DNA of 64,000 bases from an uncultured Coriobacteriales bacterium (GTDB taxonomy: Bacteria; Actinomycetota; Coriobacteriia; Coriobacteriales; UMGS124), in assembly GCA_902464015.1 (NCBI GenBank), contig CABQHM010000002.1, forward strand, positions 1,147-65,146, read 5' to 3'. Both the position numbers and the translations under genes were made by a program. This document shows positions 30,586-39,251 of this stretch, in pieces. Position 1 is the first letter of the stretch. Each line of letters opens with the position of its first letter. The notes below the pieces were generated by a model. The model made no database searches, was not told the origin of the DNA, and saw nothing but the letters and a program-made list of their open reading frames with translations.

Positions 30586-32037
30586 ATGAACGAGGAGCAA
30601 CAGGGCACGGCGACCATGCAGGCAACCAGGGAGGAGAACGCTCAACCGGCTCAAAGCCAGCATGAAAACGAGCTTGAGGCTATCATCGATCGCCTGCTTA
30701 CGAACGACCCCTCCTCGCATCACGAGATATTCAATCGCCTCAAGATGGACTGGCATGCCACGGTGGAGGAGCACGGCGACGTCCTGGCAACCAAGGCCGG
30801 CATCACCGCGAAGTCGTCTATCGTGACGCGCACGGGCAAGCTCATGCTCTCGAGCGGAACCGGAGCCTATCGCGTTGAGGCCACCATGCAGCATGTGGGT
30901 TCGCTGCTGGGTGTGTCATGCACGGCCGACGTCAGCCTTGTCTCCATCGACTCCACCGTGTCGGACGGCCGCTCGTCATTCACCGAGGTCGTGTCGCTGC
31001 CCAAGACCGGCGTCAACACCGAGCGCATCCAGATTATGGAGCGCTTCCAAGACGAACTTGAGGCCAACCTCGACACGCTTACCGTAAACGACGTCCACAA
31101 GATGCTCGACGAGATTGAGCACCGCAAGCCCCGCTACAGCGCCTGGCAGCTTGGCCTGGCGTCGGGCTTTGCATGCTTCGCCTTCGTGTTTTTGCTCGGC
31201 GGCGGCCTCATCGAAATGACCGGCGCGCTCATCGGAGCGGGATTTGGCAACTTCACACGCGTGACGCTTGGCAGAAAGCACTTCAACCACTTCGGGGCGA
31301 ACATACTGTCGGTCGCGTTGGCCGGCCTTCTCTACCTGGGCACGCTTGGCGTGCTGTCCCTCTTTATCCCCGATGCGTTCCAACACGAGGCAGGCTATAT
31401 CGGAGCACTGCTTTTCGTCATCCCCGGTTTCCCGCTCATCACAAGCGGGCTGGACTTCGCGAAGTTCCGCTTCGCCTCGGGCGTGCAGCGGCTCACCTAT
31501 GCGGGCACCATCGTGTTCCTCGCCACTATCACCGGCTGGATCGTGGCCATGATTGTGGGCTTCACGCCCAACGAGTTCGTGCCGCAGGGCCTCGACCCCG
31601 TGTCAACCTGCCTGCTCAGGTGCCTCATGAGCTTCGTCGGCGTGTTCGGCTTCTCCATCATGTTCAACTCGACGCCGCGCATGGCCTTCACTGCGGCCTG
31701 CATCGGCCTTGTCGCCAACACGACGCGCCTGGAACTCATCGACCTTGCCGGCATGTTGCCTGAGTCGGCAGCCCTCATCGGCGCACTCATCGCAGGACTT
31801 CTCGCATCGTTTGTGGGCCTCAAGATGACGCTGCCGCGCATCAGCCTCACCGTGCCGTCCATCGTCATCATGGTACCGGGCCTGTACCTGTACCGCGCGA
31901 TGTACTACCTGGGCATTCTCGACGCAGGCGACGCCCTGTCGTGGGGCCTGCGCGCAATGATCATCATCTTCTGCCTACCCATCGGCCTGGCGCTCGCCCG
32001 TATGCTTACCGACAAGAGCTGGCGCTACGACGGATAG
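30586..32037 (+). CDS. threonine/serine exporter family protein (ThrE; DUF1212 plus DUF3815)
   Basis: The TRTGKLMLSSGTGAYRVEATM motif and two blocks of TM helices are typical of the ThrE family. Confidence 0.7.
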   Translation: MNEEQQGTATMQATREENAQPAQSQHENELEAIIDRLLTNDPSSHHEIFNRLKMDWHATVEEHGDVLATKAGITAKSSIVTRTGKLMLSSGTGAYRVEATMQHVGSLLGVSCTADVSLVSIDSTVSDGRSSFTEVVSLPKTGVNTERIQIMERFQDELEANLDTLTVNDVHKMLDEIEHRKPRYSAWQLGLASGFACFAFVFLLGGGLIEMTGALIGAGFGNFTRVTLGRKHFNHFGANILSVALAGLLYLGTLGVLSLFIPDAFQHEAGYIGALLFVIPGFPLITSGLDFAKFRFASGVQRLTYAGTIVFLATITGWIVAMIVGFTPNEFVPQGLDPVSTCLLRCLMSFVGVFGFSIMFNSTPRMAFTAACIGLVANTTRLELIDLAGMLPESAALIGALIAGLLASFVGLKMTLPRISLTVPSIVIMVPGLYLYRAMYYLGILDAGDALSWGLRAMIIIFCLPIGLALARMLTDKSWRYDG

Positions 32038-32045
32038 AACGTGCG

Positions 32046-33701
32046 TTACAAGAGAGCCTGCACGCGCCCCCAAAGCTCACCTGCCATGCAGGCGGCAAAG
32101 ACAGGGGTGAGGCCCTCGGTCTCGAAGGCAGCCCAAACGCCCAGCTCAATGCCCTTCTCGGTAGGTGTCATGTCGCGCGGGTCGAGCATATCGGCCGCAG
32201 TGAGGGCACGCAGGAGGTCCTCAGCTGAGATGGCGGGAGACTCCGCCAGGCAACCCTGCTGCGCCCAGAGATCAAGCAGGCCCTGCAGGTCGATGTAGCC
32301 CATCTCCCGAGCCTGCTCAGGCAGGAGGATGTCCTCGGGAGCGGAGTAAGGTGCGGGGGCAACAGACGCCGGCGACTCGGGGGCGGGCTCCTCGGAAGCG
32401 GATTCCTCAAAGGTGGGCGACTCAAAAGACGCTCCGGAAGCAATCGTTTCCGTAACAGCCTCATGAGCAGGCGTTTCAAAAACGCACGTCTCAAAAACCG
32501 TTGCTTCAGGAGCTGCCCCAAGGGTTGTCATCCCCGCAATTGGCTTGTTGTCGGCGAGCCCATCACCGGCGGGTGTGCCCGAAGCAATCGGCTCTACAAC
32601 GGCTTTCTTTGCAGCGAGCTGCCCAGAAACTGGTCCGCCCTTGATTAGGACGTCGCCAGCCGCCATCGTAACAGGCATTTCGGCGACGGGCGTTTCGACA
32701 GCAGCATTACGGCCCGGCATCTCGGAGACAGATGCCTCGGAAGCAGCCATATTAGCAACGCCGCCCGTAACGGAAGACCCCTCAACGGAGAGCATCTCAG
32801 CAGCGTTCTCTACGGCGGGCTTTTCAGGCGCCACCCCATTGCCATCGCCTGCGGATTCGCTCTCCGGCAGCACGCTCAGCGCCTCATCGGGCGAGGCGCA
32901 GGCAACGCGAGCCTTGCATCCGGCCTGCTCAAGCGCCGCTTCGATGGCCGCAGTCGCGCGGCTGGGAGCGTTGTACTGGCGCGACAGGTACAGTGCCACG
33001 ACATCCTTGAGGCCCGGCCATGCGTATGCTTCCACCGTGGAGGCCGCCTGGGCGTTCGAGAAGTTGCCGCGCACGTCCACCGCAAAGCGCACCTGGGGGT
33101 TGGCCTGGGCTGCCTCGTCGAGCAGGCTCGTGTCGTAGTTCGCCTCGATGGCAAGCAGGCGCGCATGGGGCAGCTCGCTTTGTGCCTCGCGGCTCAACAC
33201 GCCCACGTCGGAGAGCAGCACGAGAGAGTCGGCCCGTTCACCAGCCTCATCGCCCGTGGCGCGCGTCTCAAAACGAAAGTTGTAGCAGCTGCCCTTGTCC
33301 TCGTTGTTGTGGAAGGTGCGGAAAGGACGCGCACACACGTCGCCCACCCAGAAGGGCTGCTTGGTGTGAAACTCGCATACATCGGCGATTCCCTGCAACT
33401 CCTGGAGCACAGGGCTTGCAGCCAGAACGCCCGGCTCGACGTACACCTGGGGCGCCACGCCGCGCTTCAGCAGCCACGTCAGCGTCGACTTGAGGCCTTT
33501 GACCTGGTTGGAATGGCAGTGTGTAATAAGGAACGCTTGAACCTTAAACGGGATAAGCCCCGTCTGAGCGCACGCGTCGGCAAACGTCGCGCCCGTGATG
33601 CCACAGTCGACGCAGACGAATTCCTCGGCACCCGCCAGACGCACGGCGGCGCACGAACCCTTGTCGCCGCTTCTCAGCACATGCAGCTCAAGCATTCCCA
33701 T
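32046..33701 (-). CDS. YycJ-like MBL-fold protein with substituted metal-ligand motifs, long low-complexity linker and unknown C-terminal domain
   Basis: The N-terminal ~270 aa align by eye to WalJ/YycJ-type metallo-beta-lactamase fold. Motif 2 reads THCHSNQ (33504-33521) instead of HxHxDH, and later motifs read EANYD and GNFSN. Residues ~275-460 form an A/E/P/S/T-rich linker. Confidence 0.6.
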   Translation of the reverse strand: MGMLELHVLRSGDKGSCAAVRLAGAEEFVCVDCGITGATFADACAQTGLIPFKVQAFLITHCHSNQVKGLKSTLTWLLKRGVAPQVYVEPGVLAASPVLQELQGIADVCEFHTKQPFWVGDVCARPFRTFHNNEDKGSCYNFRFETRATGDEAGERADSLVLLSDVGVLSREAQSELPHARLLAIEANYDTSLLDEAAQANPQVRFAVDVRGNFSNAQAASTVEAYAWPGLKDVVALYLSRQYNAPSRATAAIEAALEQAGCKARVACASPDEALSVLPESESAGDGNGVAPEKPAVENAAEMLSVEGSSVTGGVANMAASEASVSEMPGRNAAVETPVAEMPVTMAAGDVLIKGGPVSGQLAAKKAVVEPIASGTPAGDGLADNKPIAGMTTLGAAPEATVFETCVFETPAHEAVTETIASGASFESPTFEESASEEPAPESPASVAPAPYSAPEDILLPEQAREMGYIDLQGLLDLWAQQGCLAESPAISAEDLLRALTAADMLDPRDMTPTEKGIELGVWAAFETEGLTPVFAACMAGELWGRVQALL

Positions 33702-33710
33702 GATGAATCG

Positions 33711-34217
33711 CTACGCTCTCTTGGTCTTGGCGGGCGCAGTCTTGACGAGACGCTCGTCGTTGAAGACGCGCTTGAGGGCGCGTTCGCAGTCTTCGATGTC
33801 CATGCCGTAGTCCTCGCAGGCCAAAAGCGCCACCACAAAGGGACGCTTGGCCGAGATGTCGCGTGCAATCGTGGGGCTGCCCGCGCCGCTCAAGTGACGC
33901 GCCGCAGCGGCGGCCTCGTCCTTGGACGACTTGCCTACCAGGCAGTGCAGGTACGAGTTCATCGACGACTTCATCGTCTTCTTGTCCTCATAGGTAAGAA
34001 TGACGAAGCACCCTTCCGTCTTGTCGGGCATGGGAATGCTCGTGAGCCACTTCATCTTCGCGACAAGCTTGCCCCGAGAGGACGGCTTGGCCTCGTCTTC
34101 GAGCAGCTCGTACACCGAATCGATTTGAGCGTCGGAGTCGCCCATCCCCACACCGGCGCGGCGCAGCACCACGGCGGCAATGACGATGCCCAGGAAAATG
34201 AGGATGACAAAAATCAT
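33711..34217 (-). CDS. membrane-anchored hypothetical protein, possible GIY-YIG/T5orf172-like domain
   Basis: N-terminal TM helix MIFVILIFLGIVIAAVVL. GCFVILTY...YLHCLVGKSS...R...E spacing is reminiscent of the GIY-YIG fold. Its stop lies 9 nt upstream of the next gene's start. Confidence 0.45.
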   Translation of the reverse strand: MIFVILIFLGIVIAAVVLRRAGVGMGDSDAQIDSVYELLEDEAKPSSRGKLVAKMKWLTSIPMPDKTEGCFVILTYEDKKTMKSSMNSYLHCLVGKSSKDEAAAAARHLSGAGSPTIARDISAKRPFVVALLACEDYGMDIEDCERALKRVFNDERLVKTAPAKTKRA

Positions 34218-34449
34218 GGCGAACCCGTTTCTCGTAAGGAGGCGGTAAAAAAGCAATGTGTCAAGTATACGCATGCGCAAGGCTTGTGGGGAGCAGGATT
34301 CTGGGTGTCATCTGATTGCTTGCTCATATGTTGATATGCACATCTACCAGCTCAAACAGGCGTTCACATGTATATTTTGGGTCAATTGGGACGTGATGGT
34401 CCCGCAAGAGGTATACACGGCTTACCTTGGATGGCGACATTTCGCAACA

Positions 34450-35799
34450 ATGATTGGATGCCCCGTTTTGGACCTGTTCTTGGATTGTCTTCTCGACGCC
34501 GCGCTCGACACGCTGCGCCTCGTGCCGTTTCTACTCGTGACCTATTTCGCCCTCGTGGCACTTGAATACAAGGCAGGCGCCAAGACCCGCGAGGTCGTCG
34601 CCCGCGCCGGCGCCTCCGGCCCCGCCATCGGCGCTGTACTCGGCGCCGTGCCGCAATGCGGCTTCTCGGCGGCGGCAGCAATGCTCTACGCAGGCCGCGT
34701 CATCACGCTCGGCACGCTCTTCGCGGTGTTTCTCTCCACCTCCGACGAGATGCTGCCCTTGATGATAGCCCAGCAGGCCGACCCCGGCCTCATGGTGCAG
34801 CTCGTGCTGCTCAAGGTCGCGCTTGGTATGGTGACGGGCTTCCTGGTGGACCTCGCCATCCGCGTGCTTGGCATCAAGGTCCAGGGCATGGGCGCCGAGT
34901 TCGTAAGCTCCGACGAGCCCGAGATCTTCCAGCTCGATTCTGGCTCCATCATCGCCATCTACCCCGACGGTTCGGCCACACTCGACGGCGACCCCTTCGA
35001 CCTTGAGGCCCTGCTCGCCCAGGCAAACGAGGAAGAAGGCCTCTCGCTCGAGGAAATCGAGGAAGGCGCCAAGGGCCAGCTTGAAGGCGAGACGGTCGGG
35101 GACAAGGCCGCAGCCGAGTCGGCGGGCACCCAAGACAGCACCCGTGAGGTTCTCGAGGCCAGTGAGGCTGACGCTGAAACGGGCGGACACGCTGCTGGTA
35201 CCGCCGCAACCGACTCCAACGTCATCGCGGCCAATGGGGGCGACTCGGGCTCCACCGTGGCCAATGCAGGCAACATCGAGGAATCCTCGACGGATACGGC
35301 CGATGCCGTCGGCGACTCCTCCGCTCAGCCCGTCTCCTCCCCTGCGCCCGTCTTTGTGGGCAGCTGTGGGCCGGGCTGTGCCTGCGGGGCTGATATGGGC
35401 TGGTCAGGCGTGGTGCGCGAGACGCTCGTGCGCTCCGCCGAGGTCACGTTCTTTGTCTTCCTCGTCACGCTTGTGCTCAATCTCATCCTGGGCTTTGCCG
35501 GCGAAGACGCCCTGGCCGACGCCATCTCGGCGGTGCCCGGACTCTCGATTTTTGTGAGCGCCCTGGTCGGCCTCATCCCCAACTGTGCCGCCAGCGTCGC
35601 CATCACCCAGCTTTACCTGGCAGGTGTGCTCAGCATGGGTGCAACGATGGCAGGCCTTCTCGTCTCGGCCGGCATTGGTCTGCTCGTGCTCTTCAGCGCC
35701 AACCGCTCCACCAAGCAGAACCTCGCCATCCTCGCCGTGCTGTACGTCATCGGCGTGGCCTGGGGCTTCGTCATCGACCTTCTGGGAATCGCGTTCTAG
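34450..35799 (+). CDS. putative 10-TM metal(loid) exporter family protein (ArsP_2-like) with large acidic insert
   Basis: GAVPQCGFSAAAAMLY and LSTSDEMLP motifs in the N-terminal half, with a repeated half containing LIPNCAASVAITQLY. Cys cluster CGPGCACG. The start is uncertain (34396 or 34450). Confidence 0.55.
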   Translation: MIGCPVLDLFLDCLLDAALDTLRLVPFLLVTYFALVALEYKAGAKTREVVARAGASGPAIGAVLGAVPQCGFSAAAAMLYAGRVITLGTLFAVFLSTSDEMLPLMIAQQADPGLMVQLVLLKVALGMVTGFLVDLAIRVLGIKVQGMGAEFVSSDEPEIFQLDSGSIIAIYPDGSATLDGDPFDLEALLAQANEEEGLSLEEIEEGAKGQLEGETVGDKAAAESAGTQDSTREVLEASEADAETGGHAAGTAATDSNVIAANGGDSGSTVANAGNIEESSTDTADAVGDSSAQPVSSPAPVFVGSCGPGCACGADMGWSGVVRETLVRSAEVTFFVFLVTLVLNLILGFAGEDALADAISAVPGLSIFVSALVGLIPNCAASVAITQLYLAGVLSMGATMAGLLVSAGIGLLVLFSANRSTKQNLAILAVLYVIGVAWGFVIDLLGIAF

Positions 35800-35894
35800 C
35801 GCGTCCGTATCGCGCTCTCAATACCGCACGAATGGCCAGCGGCCCTGCGATGCTCTTCGGGAGCTTTGCAGGGCCGCTGGCCATCGGAACACGC

Positions 35895-35947
35895 ATTTAA
35901 CATACATCTCATTCGTCCAAATGTATGTTAAATCATTAAAACCCCAG
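35895..35947 (-). repeat. MITE-like element, family A, copy 4, left half (split by IS30)
   Basis: ATTTAACATACATCTCATTCGTCCAAATGTATGTTAAATCATTAAAACCCCAG, ending in the duplicated CAG. Confidence 0.85.
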
Positions 35948-37260
35948 GGCGGAATCAATTGATCATTGCACCACACGCCTAGACCTGGGATGTGGTTCAA
36001 TGACGTATTACTGGAAAGACAGGGAGAGGGCGCTCGCCTACGTCCGGGCGGGCGCCACGGCGGCGGCCGCCGCCGCGCTGATATCGGCCCCCGCGCCGAC
36101 CGTGCAGCGGTGGTGCGCGGCGGAGGGCATACGGCTCGGCAGGGGCAGGCCCAGGAGGGGGTACGAGTTGCCCGAGCCGCCGAAGGCAGAGGAGAGGGGG
36201 CCCAGGCCGTCGCCCCGGTCGAGGCTCGCGGTCGAGGACAGGGCCGCCATCCAGGAGGGGCTGCGCGCCGGGAGGAGCATGCGCGAGATAGCGGCCGACC
36301 TGGGCTTCGCCCACACGACGATCTCGCGCGAGGTCAGGCGGGCGTCCGACCCCGTGACGGGGCGGTACTCCTGCTCGGCCGCCCAGGCCAGGGCGTCCAG
36401 GATGCGCCGCAGGCCCAGGGCCGCCAAGCTCGACTCGCGCCCGGCCCTGCGGGCCTACGTCGTCGCGGGGCTGGACGGGGCCTGGTCGCCCAGGCAGATA
36501 GCGGGGAGGATGCGCGTGGACTTTCCGGACGACGCCTCGATGCGCGTGTCGCACGAGGCCATCTACCGGGCGCTCTACGTCCAGGGCAAGGGCGCCCTGC
36601 GCCACGAGCTGGCCTGCGAGCAGGCGCTGCGGTCGGGCCGGAAGGCCCGCAGGCCCCGCTCCAAGCTGCCCCCGAGGCGCGGGCGGAGGCGCTGGGTCGA
36701 GGGGTGCGAGATATCCAGGAGGCCCCCCGAGGCCTCCGACAGGGCCGTGCCGGGCAGCTGGGAGGGCGACCTCGTGGTCGGCGGCGCCGGCCGCAGCTGC
36801 CTGGTCACGCTCGTGGAGCGCAAGACCCGCTACCTGGAGATGCGGGCGCTGCCGCGCCACGACAGCCGCACCGTGGTCGACCTGCTCAAGGGCATGGCCG
36901 CCTCCCTGCCGGAGGGCGTGCGCAGGGCCGCGCTCACGACGCTCACCTGGGACCAGGGGCCCGAGATGGCCCTGTGCTCCGAGCTCGTCGAGGCCGCCGG
37001 CGTGAGGGTCTACTTCTGCGACCCGCACTCGCCCTGGCAGAAGGGCACCAACGAGAACACCAACGGGCTCATCAGGCAGTTCTTCCCCAAGGGCACCGAG
37101 TTCGACGAGGTGACGGAGGAGGAGGTCCGCAGGGTCCAGGACCTCATCAACGGCAGGCCGCGCGAGACGCTGGGGTGGAGGACCCCGGCCGAGGCGATGG
37201 CGGAGGTGCTGTCGGGGGTACAATCAAGCCAACCCGGTGCAATGATCGCCTGACTCCGCC
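35948..37260 (+). mobile_element. IS30-family insertion sequence, complete (1313 bp)
   Basis: 25-bp imperfect terminal IRs: GGCGGAATCAATTGATCATTGCACC (left) versus the reverse complement of the right end, GGCGGAGTCAGGCGATCATTGCACC. 3-bp direct repeat CAG at 35945-35947 and 37261-37263. Single transposase ORF. Confidence 0.9.
36000..37253 (+). CDS. IS30-family DDE transposase
   Basis: N-terminal HTH motifs, then WEGDLV, TWDQGPEM and HSPWQKGTNENTNGLIRQFFPKG, the IS30 DD(E) signature. Confidence 0.9.
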   Translation: MTYYWKDRERALAYVRAGATAAAAAALISAPAPTVQRWCAAEGIRLGRGRPRRGYELPEPPKAEERGPRPSPRSRLAVEDRAAIQEGLRAGRSMREIAADLGFAHTTISREVRRASDPVTGRYSCSAAQARASRMRRRPRAAKLDSRPALRAYVVAGLDGAWSPRQIAGRMRVDFPDDASMRVSHEAIYRALYVQGKGALRHELACEQALRSGRKARRPRSKLPPRRGRRRWVEGCEISRRPPEASDRAVPGSWEGDLVVGGAGRSCLVTLVERKTRYLEMRALPRHDSRTVVDLLKGMAASLPEGVRRAALTTLTWDQGPEMALCSELVEAAGVRVYFCDPHSPWQKGTNENTNGLIRQFFPKGTEFDEVTEEEVRRVQDLINGRPRETLGWRTPAEAMAEVLSGVQSSQPGAMIA

Positions 37261-37301
37261 CAGTTGGCGCATTTTTGAAAAACTTGAAATGTATGTTATT
37301 T
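37261..37301 (-). repeat. MITE-like element, family A, copy 4, right half
   Basis: CAGTTGGCGCATTTTTGAAAAACTTGAAATGTATGTTATTT. It completes the element interrupted at 35947. Confidence 0.85.
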
Positions 37302-37320
37302 GGCAAGAGGGGCCGGCCCC

Positions 37321-38112
37321 CTACCTCCTCGGCATCAAACAATACCCCGCACGCCCATCCGCATCGGACGACATCCGCTGCAGGCGCACGCCAAACACGC
37401 GGTCGATAATGCCTGAGGCGGCAACATCCTCGACAGAGCCAAACGCCTGCACGCGACCCTGGGCAAGCACCGCCGCCCGGTCACAGAACGAGAGCGCAAG
37501 AGGGATGTCGTGCAGCACCATAGCCACCGCGGCTCCGCCCTGCGCGAGGCCGCGCGCCATGGTCATGAGCTCGAAGCATGCCGTGGGGTCAAGGTAGGTC
37601 GTGGGCTCGTCCATCACGACGACGTTCGCCTCTTGAGCAAGCACCGCCGCCAGAAGCACGCGCTGCCGCTCGCCTCCCGACAGGCGCGCCATGTCGGCTC
37701 CAGCATGTTGCAAGCATCCCGCCTGGCACATGGCGTTATGCACGATCTCGTGGTCGTGCGCCGTGGGAGACGCCAGGACCGCCCGATGCGGGTAGCGCCC
37801 GCACATGACGAACTGCTCGGCGCGCATGCTCGCCACGCCGACGGCCTGTCCCAGCACCGCCACGTGGCGGGCGACCTCTTTGCGGCCCATGTCGGCGACA
37901 TTGCGGCCCTCAATCACAACCTGCCCGGCACTAGGCGTGAGCTGGCGGTTTATGAGCTTGACCGTCGTGGACTTGCCGCAGCCGTTAGGGCCCAGAATCG
38001 CCGTGACCTCGCCGGTACACAGGGACAGATTCACGTCTTCGAGGATGGGCCTCTTGCCATAGGAGAACGACACTCCGCGCAGCTCCACAGCTAGCGAATC
38101 ATTGCTGCTCAC
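37321..38112 (-). CDS. ABC transporter ATP-binding protein (FecE/FepC iron-chelate/B12 type)
   Basis: Walker A GPNGCGKST, signature LSGGERQRV, Walker B VVVMDEPT. GTG 38112 overlaps the permease stop (GTGA). Confidence 0.85.
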   Translation of the reverse strand: MSSNDSLAVELRGVSFSYGKRPILEDVNLSLCTGEVTAILGPNGCGKSTTVKLINRQLTPSAGQVVIEGRNVADMGRKEVARHVAVLGQAVGVASMRAEQFVMCGRYPHRAVLASPTAHDHEIVHNAMCQAGCLQHAGADMARLSGGERQRVLLAAVLAQEANVVVMDEPTTYLDPTACFELMTMARGLAQGGAAVAMVLHDIPLALSFCDRAAVLAQGRVQAFGSVEDVAASGIIDRVFGVRLQRMSSDADGRAGYCLMPRR

Positions 38113-39251
38113 AGGTCCCTCCCCTTCCCGCGCACCACGAGCCACACGAAGAACGGCCCGCCTACAAACGCCATGAGGATGCCCACGGCCAGCTCATAGG
38201 GAGCGAACAGCGTGCGCGCCAAAAGGTCGCAGGCACACACGAACGCGGCTCCACCAAACATGCTCACGGGCATCAAAAACCGCAGGTCATTGCCAGTGAT
38301 AAGGCGTACCACATGCGGCACGATGAGACCCACGAAACCAAGCAGGCCCGCAAAGCTCACCGCCGCGCCCGCGAGCAGCGCCGCCACGGCGAGCATGCCC
38401 AGGCGCACCGCACGCACGTTCATTCCCACGCCCTGTGCCACCGCGTCTCCCGTGAGCATGACGTTGAGGGCGCGTGAACCGAGCAGGGCGACAACGAGGC
38501 CCACGACAATGCACACCGCCGGCCACACGAGGTCCACCATGCGCACGCCCGCCAAGCCGCCCACAAGGAACGTGCTCGCGCCCACGTAAGCGTCCGGGTT
38601 CACGATGAGCACGGTGTTCATGCCCGCGCCGAACACCGCTGTGGCCGCCATGCCCACAAGCACGATGGTCATGCGCGAGGCGTCGGCGACAGAGGCCACC
38701 GCAAACACAAGCAGCGTCGTAAGGAGCGCGCCGCCAAACGCGGCCGCCGGCAGGGCTGCGGCGACATTGGGCAAAAGAGCGCTCACCAGGAGCACCGCCA
38801 GGCCCGCGCCGGAGTTGATGCCGAGCACGTTTGGGCTGGCCAGGGGGTTGTTGAGCACCGTCTGCGTGATGCAGCCCGACACCGCCAGAGCGGCGCCGGC
38901 CAACACTCCCGCAAGCATGCGCGGCAGGCGCACATGCTCCACGATGTTGGCCGCCGCGGGGGTGGACGTCTGCCCGCCCGTCAAAACGGCGAGCACATCG
39001 GCCAGCGAGACGTTCGTCGAGCCGAGCATGACCGCGGCAAGCGCGGCAACAAGGCAGAGCGCAGCCGAAACGGCAAGCGCAACGCGGCCCCGCCGCTCGG
39101 ATGCATGCGCGCGATACGAGCTCGCGGGCGCCGCAGGCGAACAGGCGGGGGCGGGGGCGCCCGCGCCCAGTCCCTCGCCTGCCGCCGAAGTCCCGCCGTC
39201 AGCGCTCGCCGCAGCCACGCCCGTGAGCTGCCCCTCCTTACGCGCAGACAT
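38109..39251 (-). CDS. FecCD-family ABC transporter permease
   Basis: Polytopic protein with typical FecCD motifs (GAALAVSG...Q...NPLASP..LG..SGA). ATG 39251 overlaps the SBP gene end. Confidence 0.85.
   Translation of the reverse strand: MSARKEGQLTGVAAASADGGTSAAGEGLGAGAPAPACSPAAPASSYRAHASERRGRVALAVSAALCLVAALAAVMLGSTNVSLADVLAVLTGGQTSTPAAANIVEHVRLPRMLAGVLAGAALAVSGCITQTVLNNPLASPNVLGINSGAGLAVLLVSALLPNVAAALPAAAFGGALLTTLLVFAVASVADASRMTIVLVGMAATAVFGAGMNTVLIVNPDAYVGASTFLVGGLAGVRMVDLVWPAVCIVVGLVVALLGSRALNVMLTGDAVAQGVGMNVRAVRLGMLAVAALLAGAAVSFAGLLGFVGLIVPHVVRLITGNDLRFLMPVSMFGGAAFVCACDLLARTLFAPYELAVGILMAFVGGPFFVWLVVRGKGRDL

Noticed and set aside
35966-37597. 543-aa ORF and the antisense 35997-37223 ORF overlapping the IS30 transposase
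   Set aside because: They are Arg/Gly/Pro-rich alternative frames of a very GC-rich IS. Only the 36000-37253 frame carries the IS30 DDE motifs. The long ORF also crosses the IS boundary.
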